In this document: one piece after another, positions 12,101 through 24,337 of the stretch
How positions within the stretch are numbered: the first letter of the stretch is position 1
Layout of the letters: each line of letters begins with the position of its first letter
The notes under the pieces: generated by a model
The model's input: only the letters and a program-made list of their open reading frames with translations
Database searches by the model: none
What the model was told of the DNA's origin: nothing
NCBI GenBank assembly: GCA_038087875.1
Contig: CM075990.1
Location: 17,610,001 to 17,674,000 of the forward strand
Length of the DNA stretch: 64,000 nt
Direction of reading: 5' to 3'
Source of the DNA: Malacoraja senta
Taxonomy: Eukaryota
Program-made: the position numbers and the translations under genes

Positions 12101-12955
12101 GAGAAGCAGACCAAAACACCAACAGATTATCCCTCGTGGCCACTTGTGATGTATGAATGTTTATGGGGCCGGCGGTAACTGCTATTATTTATTTTTCCTG
12201 CAGAGTTTCTTTGGCCTGTGCTCTGGGACTGATGCATCATTTCCCTTGGTGCCGACACCTCACTGTCGACCGACCGCTGCCTCTGCTTTCCATTTAAGGT
12301 GAAAGGTTTCTGTGGAGTGCAACGGTCTGATAACTGGCAAAGCAATATTAGCCCCACAGCAGTGTAGGGCCAGAGTCATCGACAACAAGAGGGAGTCTAA
12401 ACACCAACTCGATATTCAATATCACCATCACCAAGTCTCCAGTAACAATAGATAGACACAAAATGCTGGAGTAACTCCGCAGGTCAGGCAGCAAACTAGA
12501 GAACATGGACAGATGATGTTTCGGGTCGGGACACTTCTTCAGACATCATCTATTCATTTTCTGCAGAGATGCTGCCTGACGTGACTCCACCACTTTGTGA
12601 CTATCTTTGGTATAAACCAGCATCTGCAGTTCCTTCTGATTACACTCCAGTATCGATATCCTGGCGTCACTATTAAACAGAAACTCATCTGGACCAGCCA
12701 CGTATATGCCATGTATCTGGTGTATCACTATAAATTCACACCTCCTACCCTTCAAAGCATCAAGCTCCAGCCTATCCAAGCTCCCTATAACTCAAGCGCG
12801 CAAGCCCAGGTAACATGCTGGACCACTCCACCTTGCCCGCAGTGGGGCTGCCATCCTTTTGCTCAGGTCTTTGAGATGTTTTATTAGTTAGTTGAGTTCC
12901 TGCAAGTTATGTGGTGAAAGAAGCAAGTTAGGTTGTCACATAAATACATAGGTCA

Positions 12956-13071
12956 GGGTGGAAGATTGCAACCTTCACGTTTCAACGAATGCAATCAACC
13001 TGGCGTGCACAATCAAATAAGATCAAATAGAAAAAGTTGTCCTACAACTTTAGGCTGTGCAAGAAGAAGAA
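12956..13071 (+). mobile_element. Third, internally deleted copy of the HDV-ribozyme-headed short retroelement
   Basis: Homologous 5' end and (AAG)n tail; lacks the segment forming the 3' strands of P3 and P1. Confidence 0.75.
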
Positions 13072-13585
13072 GGCATTGGTCCAAACCAGATCACTGAGGC
13101 ACTGCCTTCACACGCCCTGCGCATGCTCATCTTTGTTCACCTTTATTACATGTTCAGACATAAGGTTAGCGCGTGGAAGGTGAAAGCCATATAAAGATGG
13201 TCATTACACTGAATCTGAAAGCATTTGTCAGCACATGCTGTTATAAATGTTTGGCTGGTAAATGATATCGCTGGGTTTTCAATAGTTGGTTACTGAGTGA
13301 AGCAGATCGCAGTCTCCATGGAATATGTTGGCAAGGCCCACAGGATCCGTACGTCATGGTAGCGTCTACATCAGGGATTTCCTGCAAGGTAATGATGGCT
13401 CGTTAAAAATACAAGTTACATTACCCTTCCATATCTGTGTCTTCCTCTCCCCTGACTCTCAGTCTGAAGAAGGGTCTCAACCCGAAACGTCACCCATTCC
13501 TCTATCCAGAGATACCACCTGTCCCGCTGAGTTACTCCTGCATTTTGTTTCTATCTCCCATCAAGTGTAACTTCCTGGCACTGTA

Positions 13586-13917
13586 ATAGCCCTGTCCCAC
13601 GGTGCGGGTTCATTCCAAGAGCTCTCCCGAGTTTAAAAAAAATCAAACTAGTGGTAAGCACAGAGAATGAACGTAGCGGGTACGTTGGAGCTCGGGGACG
13701 TCTCTTAGCAGCTCGTAACGCTAACGGCAGGTACTCGGGAAGACTCACTAATGGCAGGTAAGCACGGGAAGACTCGTGAAGATTTTTCAACATGTTGAAA
13801 AATGTCCACGAGAGCCCCGAGTACCGACAAGTGGCCATTACCTTAAATCTCCGAGTTCGAATCAGGGCAAACTCGGGAGAGCTCTTGGAATGAACTCGTA
13901 CCGTGGGACAGGGGTTT
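13586..13917. mobile_element. MITE, ~332 bp, ~48-bp TIRs
   Basis: 5' ccctgtcccacggtgcgggttcattccaagagctctcccgagttt pairs with 3' aaactcgggagagctcttggaatgaactcgtaccgtgggacaggg. TA on both sides. Confidence 0.9.
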
Positions 13918-13938
13918 TACTTGACCCATGGAGTTGCA

Positions 13939-14652
13939 CTGTTTTATGCTGTACTGGTCTATGCTGTACTGGTCTATATTGGACTGTTCTATGCTGTACT
14001 GGTCTATGCTGTACTGGTCTATATTGGACTGTTCTATGCTGCACTGGTCTATGCTGTAGTGGTCTATGCTGTACTGGTCTATATTGGACTGTTCTATATT
14101 GGACTGTTCTATGCTGTACTGGTCTATGCTGTAGTGGTCTATGCTGTACTGGTCTATGCTGTACTGGTCTATATTGGACTGTTCTATATTGGACTGTTCT
14201 ATGCTGTACTGGTCTATATTGGACTGTTCTATATTGGACTGTTCTATGCTGTACTGGTCTATGCTGTACTGGTCTATATTGGACTGGTCTATGCTGTACT
14301 GGTCTATGCTGTAGTGGTCTATGCTGTACTGGTCTATGCTGTACTGGTCTATATTGGACTGTTCTATGCTGTACTGTTCTATGCTGTACTGGTCTATATT
14401 GGACTGGTCTATGCTGTACTGGTCTATGCTGTAGTGGTCTATGCTGTACTGGTCTATGCTGTACTGGTCTATATTGGACTGTTCTATGCTGTACTGGTCT
14501 ATGCTGTAGTGGTCTATGCTGTACTGTTCTATGCTGTACTGGTCTATGCTGTAGTGGTCTATGCTGTACTGGTCTATGCTGTACTGGTCTATATTGGACT
14601 GTTCTATGCTGTACTGGTCTATATTGGACTGTTCTATATTGGACTGTTCTAT
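13939..14652. repeat. 15-bp minisatellite with interspersed variants
   Basis: Units ctatgctgtactggt, ctatattggactgtt and ctatgctgtagtggt. Confidence 0.95.
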
Positions 14653-14869
14653 CTTCTATCTTCTATGTTCAGTTACAATGTGGCCTGATATGCTCCACAT
14701 TCCATCAATGGGTTGAATTTAAAGGGTGAGTCTTGAACTGGATTGGGGCAATTACCACTATCAATGATCATTATTTGATTTATTTGGACACAGCCAGGTT
14801 CCTTAGAAAAATCAAAAAGGGGAGGTTTTTCCATGATGAATAGAACTATTCCACAAACAGGCAAAGTTT

Positions 14870-15052
14870 GTAGGAAAGAACTGCAGATGCTGGTTTACAT
14901 TGAAGATAGACACAAAAATCTGGAGCAACTCAGCGGGCAGGCAGCATCTCTGGAGAGAAGGGTGGCTGAGTCTGAAGACGGGGGTCACCTATTCCTTCTC
15001 TCCAGAGATGCTGCCTATCCCGCTGAGTTACTCCAGCATTTTGTGTCTATCT
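14870..15052. mobile_element. Short Penelope-derived fold-back insertion
   Basis: Inverted halves; near-perfect 14-bp TSD aacagg(c/t)aaagttt at 14856-14869 and 15053-15066. Confidence 0.65.
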
Positions 15053-15322
15053 AACAGGTAAAGTTTAATCCATTTGCCTCTTATTATTGCTCTGATTTTT
15101 GCCAACATTCTCCAAAGTTATCCTTCTCCAATGACTCAGAACTGTTGTGACAATTGATGTGAGAGGAAGTCATTGTTACAGGAACCTGAGGAAGTGTGCT
15201 TTGCACACTCACTAATTTAACAAAGTTATTTCATTTGAAAACATCAGCTTGCGATTAGTGTACTTAATCTCAGTTAAAGTGAAAGAGACTTGAAAGACAG
15301 CCATCGTTGTGGGGTTTTTTCC

Positions 15323-15404
15323 TTACAGGTATCTTTTTCTGTTGCGAAGCCATCTTGTCTTCGGGTGAATGCAGACCTGGCCACCGTTGTTCTTCAGAGT
15401 GGCT
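15323..15404 (-). CDS. cxcl12-like: CXCL12-like chemokine, coding exon 3 (ATLKNNGGQVCIHPKTRWLRNRKRYL-stop)
   Basis: Acceptor cttcttacttgacag, phase 2. Aligns without gaps to CXCL12 ARLKNNNRQVCIDPKLKW. The TAA stop overlaps a CT|gtaagg donor. Confidence 0.88.
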
Positions 15405-15562
15405 CTGTCAAGTAAGAAGATCAAAGTTATGCAGTGAGACGAGGTATCTGCATTGCATTGTCAAAGGCAAAATGCTTGGTCAGTCCACAGCAATGTGCAT
15501 TACTGGTGTGTGGGTGGAAGTGGCAGCTCTATCCACTGCGCCACTGTGTACCAACGCCTACT

Positions 15563-15884
15563 GGCGGCACAGCGGTGCAGTGGGTAGAGCTTCTGCCTCA
15601 CGGCATGAGAAACCCAGGTTCGATCCTAACCTTGGGTGCTGCATGTGTGGAGTTTGCACATTCTTCCTGTGATGTGTGGGCTTCCACCGGATGCTCCGGT
15701 TTTCTCCCACATCCTAAAGACGTGTGGATTTGTTGGTTAAATGGTCTCTTTAAATTGCCTCTCATGTGTAGGGAGTGGGTGAGAAAGTGGGATAACATAG
15801 AGCTAGTGTGAACCTGCGATGGATGGTCAACATGAACCTGGTGGGCCGAATGGCCTGTTTTCATGCTGTATCTCTTAACTAAAA
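15563..15884 (+). mobile_element. tRNA-derived V-SINE (HE1-like), diverged
   Basis: B box ggttcgatcc, V-domain-like core and CR1-type tail. Confidence 0.7.
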
Positions 15885-17113
15885 CACTGACAACAATTGA
15901 GAGGTATCCTGAATTACCTTGACCTAGTAAGCTAGTGGACTAGTGTTGGAAGATGTAATGAGTGTGGATAGGTGTGGATAGGTGATTATTGGTTAGCATT
16001 AACATTGTGGGCCGAATGGCCTGTTTCCAGTAGATAAAAAGGTGATGGTACGCACATCAATTAAAAATTAAGCCACATTTATCAAGTATTTTTATCTATC
16101 AAAATATCTCCAAATGCTGTTTTGATTTGTGACAAACAATATTTAATTTAATAAACAAATAACTAAAAGGAATAAAATCAACCACATTAAAAAGTAATAT
16201 ACACTAAATGTTGTTAACATTTTAGAGGTGCTGGTATCTCTATTCTACTGATATGCTCCATCACCAAAAAAAACTAAGTGTTCAGAAGAAGGGTCTTGAC
16301 CTGAAACGTCACCTATCCATGTTCTCCAGAGATGCTGCCTGACCCGCTGAGTTACTCCAGCACTTTGAGTCTTTTTTTGTAAACCAGCATCTGCAGTTCC
16401 TTGTATCTATAAGCAAAGCAATGCCTGTCTCTGCCTCCATGAGCCTTCCCCTGGCCGCTCGGCCCACATTCCTCAGCTTTCCCCAAACGTAAAGCTCACA
16501 GACTGGTGGAGAAACTCCACAACTCCCTCACTCGGGTCTGGGAGATCTCCCAGCCTCAGGAACAAGTCGGATTATCCCAGCTTGCAATGAAGTGCCAGAC
16601 TTCAGTTATAACTCTGGCTACTGAGAAAACTCTCAAACCTTGCTCCGTTGAAATGATTGAATATGTTCCATGAGGACAGAAGAATGCAGTAAAATGAGGT
16701 GAGCTAATCTGTTACGACTCCCCAGGAACCCAATGGCATGCGGGAGACAAGTAACAGCATATAAAATGCTCCTTGTGTGGAACTATGCCCAGCTTCTGCT
16801 CGGTGTGGGGCCTTTGCCAGTTCCCTGTTCACTAACATCCAGTTTATCAGTCCCTTGGTCTTCTGAACAACCAGATGCAGAAATCACACAATGGATGGAT
16901 AGTCAAGGGTAGGGCCAACTACAGAGAATCCCCTCCTGCTGGAACTGAGAACACAGCAGTTGCCAACTGCTCGTCCAGCAAAGGATGATCTTGGGCGGGT
17001 TTCCCGTGTGTGGAAGGTGGGTGTGAATGGTGGGCACTGTGAGATGGGCAGAGGTACAGGCAGCCCCCTCACCCCTCCCTCAAACAGCCTTGCTCAGGAG
17101 GAGAAGATGTCAG

Positions 17114-18252
17114 GATCATCAGTGATGGTGCTGGGCCTTACATCATCAGTGTTGGTGCTGGGCCTTACATCATCAGTGATGGTGCTGGGCCTTACATCAT
17201 CACAGATGGTGCTGGGCCTTACATCATCACAGATGGTGCTGGGCCTTACATCACCAGTGATGGTGCTGGGCCTTACATCATCACAGATGGTGCTGGGCCT
17301 TACATCACCAGTGATGGTGCTGGGCCTTACATCATCAGTGATGGTGCTGGGCCTTACATCATCAGTGACGGTGCTGGGCCTTACATCATCAGTGACGGTG
17401 CTGGGCCTTACATCACCAGTGATGGTGCTGGGCCTTACATCATCACAGATGGTGCTGGGCCTTACATCACCAGTGATGGTGCTGGGCCTTACATCACCAG
17501 TGATGGTGCTGGGCCTTACATCATCACAGATGGTGCTGGGCCTTACATCACCAGTGATGGTGCTGGGCCTTACATCATCACAGATGGTGCTGGGCCTTAC
17601 ATCACCAGTGTTGGTGCTGGGCCTTACATCACCAGTGATGGTGCTGGGCCTTACATCATCAGTGATGGTGCTGGGCCTTACATCACCAGTGTTGGTGCTG
17701 GGCCTTACATCACCAGTGATGGTGCTGGGCCTTACATCATCAGTGATGGTGCTGGGCCTTACATCATCAGTGTTGGTGCTGGGCCTTACATCACCAGTGA
17801 TGGTGCTGGGCCTTACATCATCACAGATGGTGCTGGGCCTTACATCACCAGTGATGGTGCTGGGCCTTACATCATCACAGATGGTGCTGGGCCTTACATC
17901 ACCAGTGTTGGTGCTGGGCCTTACATCATCAGTGATGGTGCTGGGCCTTACATCATCAGTGATGGTGCTGGGCCTTACATCACCAGTGTTGGTGCTGGGC
18001 CTTACATCACCAGTGATGGTGCTGGGCCTTACATCATCAGTGATGGTGCTGGGCCTTACATCATCAGTGTTGGTGCTGGGCCTTACATCACCAGGGATGG
18101 TGCTGGGCCTTACATCATCAGTGTTGGTGCTGGGCCTTACATCATCAGTGACGGTGCTGGGCCTTACATCACCAGTGTTGGTGCTGGGCCTTACATCACC
18201 AGTGTTGGTGCTGGGCCTTACATCACCAGTGACGGTGCTGGGCCTTACATCA
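17114..18252. repeat. 27-bp minisatellite (~42 units) in chemokine intron 2
   Basis: Unit gtgatggtgctgggccttacatca(t/c)ca with a few recurrent variants. Confidence 0.95.
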
Positions 18253-18340
18253 ATGGCAGACTCTCCATCAGCAGCCCAGGAAAGGTGTTACCATCACATC
18301 CCAGCTGAGGTCAAAGTCAAAGTCAATTTATTTAATCACA

Positions 18341-18948
18341 GAACTGATCATTTTTGGAACAATCTAAGCCAGTTTGGAGCTGACTTCGTTTCAAAGGAGC
18401 TTTCTTAATTATGGCTTAATAACCGCAAAAAAACTGAAATTTTGGAAATACGCTCCCACGCCAACGACAAAAATGTGGATTTCTAATATGTCGGAATTGT
18501 TACACCTAGAAGATATGAGATTCCTCTTAGCAGGTAAACCAGACCAATTCCAAAAGATTTGGTCTCCATTTATCGACTTATTACAAATATAGGGTGCAAC
18601 AAAATGTTGATAATAAATGGTTTCAGGACCTGGTGAGGGGTGAGTAAAGATATGAAGTAGGTACATCCCTTTTATCTTGTCTTATCTTATCTTACTTTTT
18701 TTTTATTTTTCCTTCTTTTGGTTTTTCTCTTTTGTTTAACTATTTCTTGTGGTTTAGGTCCCTATGGGGTTTCCCTGGACCACTCTTTCAATCACTCACT
18801 TACTATCTCTGCTAACTCTCTCTATCCTTTTTCTTATTAAAGTTTAAAATAAGAAGTGGTACAAGAAATGTATAAGTTTATGTTTGTTTGAGATCACTGT
18901 ACTGTACAATACTTCTAATAATTTTTTTTTTTTTTAAATAATAAAAAA
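18341..18948 (+). mobile_element. 5'-truncated L1-clade LINE 3' end
   Basis: Encodes LITAKKLKFWKYAPTPTTKMWISNM..EDMRF..QFQKIWSPF-stop, an L1 ORF2 C-terminal pattern. T-rich 3' UTR, A-rich tail and near-perfect TSD ttattt(a/c)atcaca (18328-18340 and 18949-18961). Confidence 0.75.
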
Positions 18949-20782
18949 TTATTTCATCACATGCACCCATAGGTGCAGTGAAATGAATTTGCCGGCAGCG
19001 ATACACTTAAAAAGAACACACAAACACAATAGAATTTAACACAAACATCCACCACAGCATTCTTCACTGTGGCTGAAGGCAACAAAGGTCCACTTCTGAA
19101 ATATCTCCGTTTTGCAATGAGATTGTCAATGAACCCTTGAAATGGAACTTCGTCGGCACCCTAGACATGCCGACTGTTTGCATACTTTGAGTATGGAGTG
19201 CAAAGCCAACAATTTCACTGTGACATACCACACCTGACAATAAAGTATCAACCATTCAATCAATTAACTCTGCCCAGCACAAACCACAATCATTCCTCAT
19301 CACCCAGTAAGAAAATACTGACACTAATGCAAATGTTGAGCATAGATTCAAGAACATCAGTCACCTTGAACACTGCACAACACTAACCTCAGCAACTGGG
19401 AACTTCAATGGACTGTTGCTTTGGGCAGCGTGGGCTTTGGTTTTGCATTATTAAGGAGATTACTGTTATTAATCATTGTATTAATGATAATTATACATCT
19501 GTATGCTATTAAGTTAATGGGCCTGTAAAGAGTTGCATTGTTCCATTGCTGGTCCATGTAACAGTTAAACACTCTCTACTGGTGAACACTAAGCAATCGT
19601 GTTACTGTCCACCAACAGCCCCAGTGGGTAAAGACATGACATGCATGGTGGAGCTGGACAATTCATCAACGTACCAAGATGGAGATGGAGTGTGGTGACT
19701 CTGTGCTCGCTGGTCCCAGAGCAAGATCTACAATATCACAAACAACCACTCTTAAATAATTGTAAATCCAGCACTATTTCTATTGTCCTGTGTATCTTTC
19801 CCCTCGTTCTACCTATTATACCTGAGTTTACCCCTGATGGTACTTATGTATAGTATTATCTGATCTGATTGGACAGTATGCAAAACAAAAGTGTTTCACT
19901 GCACCATGTCTGAAGAAGGGTCTCGACCTGGAACGTCACCCATTCCTTCTCTCCAGAGATGCTGCCTGTCCCGCTGAGTTCAGCATTTTATGTCTATCTT
20001 CGGTGTAAACCAGCATCTGCAGTTCCTTCCTACGCACTAAATCTATATCTGTTGGCTTTTGATGTTCAACTTTCAAAATTCCCGTGAATCCAGTAAAGAG
20101 TTGCAAAAAGCAAGAAACATTCTGAAGAAGGGCTTCGCCCCTAAGTGAGAGTTCACACTGAGGGTTTTGAGTCTCTGCCTCAGAGGGAGGTGGAGGCAGG
20201 TTCTCTGGATACTTTCAAGAGAGAGCTAGATAGGGCTCTTAAAGATAGCGGAGTCAGGGGATATGGGGAGAAGGCAGGAATGGGGAACTGATTGTGGCTC
20301 AAAGGGCCGAATGGCCTACTCCTGCACCTATTGCCTATTGTCTATTGCCTATTGTCTAAGTGTCACCTATCCCTTCTCCCCAGAGTTGCTGCCTGACCCA
20401 CTGAGTTACTCCAACTTTTTTGTGTCTTTCTTACTTTTCAAAAAATAGATACGAGGAACTGCAGATGCGGGTTTACAAAAGAAGACACAAGGTGCTGGAG
20501 TAACTCAGTGGGTCAAGTAGCACTAATCCATGGAGTTACTCCAGCATGTTGTGCCTGTATTCTTTTTCAATAAAACTGACTTGTAAATTAAATCGGAGAG
20601 TGATCTTTGTCTCTGGGATTGATATCTTTCTTCAGCGTTACAGACACTTATGGCTGTGCAAGTGAAGCAAATGAATGATAAACAAATGCCTGGTATTCCC
20701 TGAATGACCATAAGTAGAAAACTTCCCCGTTTAACATTCCTGCAGGTCACTAAGTAGGCACATTCACAGCACCATCAACAAA

Positions 20783-20982
20783 NNNNNNNNNNNNNNNNNN
20801 NNNNNNNNNNNNNNNNNNNNNNNNNNNNNNNNNNNNNNNNNNNNNNNNNNNNNNNNNNNNNNNNNNNNNNNNNNNNNNNNNNNNNNNNNNNNNNNNNNNN
20901 NNNNNNNNNNNNNNNNNNNNNNNNNNNNNNNNNNNNNNNNNNNNNNNNNNNNNNNNNNNNNNNNNNNNNNNNNNNNNNNNNN
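20783..20982. other. Assembly gap (200 N)
   Basis: Run of 200 N inside chemokine intron 2. Confidence 1.
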
Positions 20983-22552
20983 TTTTACCACCGTTGGCCC
21001 AAGATCCACAGGGATGGCCGTTCTCCTCAGTATCACCAGTTATAATGGACAAGTTACTCAGCCAGCAGCCTACACCACAGATCAAACCTCTCCATCTGCT
21101 CCCCACACCCACTGCATCCTCCTCCTGCTGTTTCCAGCTGCTAACATCTGGCACCACTGCTCACTCTGTAGCCCAGCTGGAGGTGGGGTGCGAGCTGGGC
21201 TCCTTCTGCCTGCCATAGATGGGCAGGATCAGTGTGAGGCTGACATCACGATGCTTCCCGTGCTGTTTACAATGAGATCGTGACCATTGTTATGTCGGCA
21301 GGGTCATATTTTCATATTTAGACAATCAGAACCTATATTCCCCAGAGTGTAAGTGTTAAGTATGAGAACATAGCTTCAAGGTGACAGAGGCAAAGTTTAA
21401 GGAGATGTGCTTTGAGAAAATGCGGATGAGAAAATGGTATAACATAGAATTAGTGTAAAAGGGCATAGACGATGGCTTGTGTAGACTCGATGGGCTGAAG
21501 GGCCTGGTTCTATGCTGGATGTCTATATAAAAACGAAAAGAAACTAATCCATTTGCACTCTCACATTAAGGCAACAGATCACCTGTGTTGTAGCAAAGTA
21601 CAAGGCCGTTCTGACCAATCTCCTGAATAAAATGTGTTTCTATCCTGCAACCAGTATCTGAGTGAGAGATTGTCCTGGTGTTGGCTCACCATGTATATGG
21701 GAGTTTCCTGTGCTGAGCCTACCTGCCTCTGTATCACAGCAACTTTGTCCCACTGGTTTAGGAAGTGCTTCCGATGTCCTGGAAGAGGGAAGAAGCTTGA
21801 GATGGGACCATCTCCCTGTTTGTTGCCGGGTGGATTCTAGGGCTGCTGAGATTGGGATTTGGCTCAGTGCCGGGTCTGCATGTCAGGTTCCAGATACTCA
21901 GCAGTTTATTGTCCTATCATCGCCAACAGACCCAACTAACTCTTGGCCCCACTTGCTTCACAGCTTTTGCAAACATTTGGAAATGGAAAGTGATGCCTTG
22001 AAACAATTGCCATTGGATATTCTCCATGGGACACTGGGAGATGTAGATTACATTCCTCTTCACTTCTAGTTGTGACGGATTGCCAGGATGAGGAAGCAAG
22101 GTCTCTGATCTTCCCTCAGGCCCAACCACACTAACGTTTCCCAGCTAATCCTGAACATCAAATCACAATTAGACTCAAAGTTTAGGATGCTAGAGAAATG
22201 AATAGAGACTGCAGACAGCCAGGATGAAAAAAACAAATCCTGGAGGGCATAAGTTGAAGGTGAGGGGGGGCGAAGGTTGAAGTAGTTGTACTGAGGCAAG
22301 TTTTTACACAGAGGGTGGTGTGTGTCTGGAATGTGCTGCCGGGGGTGGTGGTGGTGGTGGTGGTGGTGGAGACAGATACGATAGTGGCGTGTAAGAGACG
22401 TGTGCATAGGCACATGGTTATGCAGGGAATGGAGGGATATGGATCACGTGCAGCAGATTATAGTTGGATTTGGCATCATGTTCAGCACAGACATTGCGGG
22501 CCGAACGGCCTTTTTCTTTGTGGTATAGCTCTGTGACTCGATGACTTTATGT

Positions 22553-23124
22553 TTAAGAGGGAACTGCAGATGCGGGAAATCAAAGGTAGACAAAAATGCT
22601 GGAGAAACTCAGCGGGTGAGGCAGCATCTATGGAGCGAAGGAAATAGGCAACGTTTCGGGTCGAGACCCTTCTTCAGACTGATGTTGGGGGGGGGGGCTG
22701 GAAAAAGAAAGGAAGAGGCAGAGACAGTGGGCTGAGGGAGAGCTGGGAAGGGGAGGAGAAAGCAGGGACTACCTGAAATTAGATAAGTCAATGTTCATAC
22801 CGCTGGGGTGCAAACTGCCCAAGCGAAATATGAGGTGCTGCTCCTCCAATTTACAGTGGTCCTTTGTATTTGCAGCTCATATTTTGTAAAGCACCTCATA
22901 TTTCGCTTGGGCAGTTTGCACCCCAGCGGTATGAACATTGACTTATCTAATTTCAGGTAGTCCTGGCTTTCTCCTCCTCTTCCCAGCTCCCTCTCAGCCC
23001 ACTGTCTCCGCCTCTTCCTTTCTTTTTCCCGCCCTCCCCCACCATCACATCAGTCTGAAGAACGGTCTCGACCCGAAACGTCGCCTATTTCCTTCGCTCC
23101 TTAGATGTTGCCTCACCCGCTGCC
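22553..23124. mobile_element. Penelope-like element 3' ends as an inverted pair (minus ~22553-22862, plus ~22889-23124)
   Basis: Both arms encode (KLEEQ)HLIFRLGSLHPSGMNIDLSNFR-stop, resembling a Penelope ORF C-terminus. Each is followed by a 3' region containing ctgaagaa..gtctcgacccgaaacgt. Confidence 0.75.
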
Positions 23125-24005
23125 TTTATGTGATCAGCTTCCCTTCACTCCTGACCCCACAAGCCCTCTCCACCTCTGGGCTCATCCAAGTCAGCTACAA
23201 TCTGCAACTTCATGGCCACCACTCTGTGTAACCGACGTGCCCCGCACATCACCCATTGAAACCTTCCCCAAAGATCCATTCATCGGTTGATGGAGAGATG
23301 CCCGTCAGCTGCATCCGTCCTCTCTCAGGATGTTCCTGCCATGGAGCCGGTCCTCCACACAATCTCAGCCCCAGACAGCTGGAGCCCAAGCCTTGTGGTG
23401 TAACGTGGAACTGTGACCTGGTCTCACAACTCTTACTCATCACAGTACTGGCCCAAGATCTTTTACTTTAGTTTAGCTATTGTCACCTGTACCATGGAGA
23501 GGTGAAAGATGCCTTTGTTGCATTTTATATAGTCGGGAGAAAGACTATACATGTTACAATCAAGCTGTCCACTGTGTATAGATACAGGATAAAGGGAATA
23601 ATGTTTAGTGCAAAATAACGTCCAATAAAGTCCGATTAAAGATAGTTGCCAATGGGGGTGGATGGTAGGCTATGACCGCACTCTAGTTGTGGTAAGATGG
23701 TTCAGTTGCCTGATAACAGCTGGGAAGAAATTGTACCTGAGTCTGGAGGTGTGCCTTTTCAAACTTCTGTACCTCTTGCCAGTTAGGAGAGAGGACAAGA
23801 GTGAGTGTCCGGGATGAGACTGATATCGGAAGGAAACACCGATGATAGACACAAAATGCTGGAGTAACTCAGCGGGACGAGACTGGTCCTTGATTATGTT
23901 GCTGGCCTTGCCGATCAGGGATGCCGGCTCAGGTAACTCTGTTTTAAGTTAGCAGCAATCTATGTAAGTGAAAAGCAACAATATCATGAGATTATTAGAA
24001 CTTAC

Positions 24006-24122
24006 ATGATCTGCATGGGGCAGTTTGGAATGGGAAGCACTATCAGCTTCTGGATGTGGTTTGGGCCAAGGCGCTTTGTCCCCCACGACACTTACATCTG
24101 TTTATTATCGAGGACGGCTTTC
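24006..24122 (-). CDS. cxcl12-like: CXCL12-like chemokine, coding exon 2 (KPSSIINRCKCRG[1-bp frameshift]TKRLGPNHIQKLIVLPIPNCPMQI)
   Basis: Acceptor tgtctccgcag after a long TC tract; donor AT|gtaag. Has the KP N-terminus, CXC motif and PNC..QI motif of CXCL12. It is 117 nt, whereas the phase-1 to phase-2 geometry needs 118. The frame is lost at the G5 run (plus-strand C5, 24080-24084). Confidence 0.85.
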
Positions 24123-24149
24123 CTGCGGAGACAATAAAATAGAACCGTG

Positions 24150-24337
<188 letters not shown>

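Noticed and set aside
13776..14729. 317-aa Cys-rich and 261-aa hydrophobic ORFs
   Set aside because: Translations of a 15-bp minisatellite, starting inside a MITE.
16960..18408. 482-aa ORF of VMVLGLTSS repeats
   Set aside because: It is the translation of a 27-bp minisatellite with no stop in one frame. It is intronic, antisense to the gene and runs into an L1 fragment.
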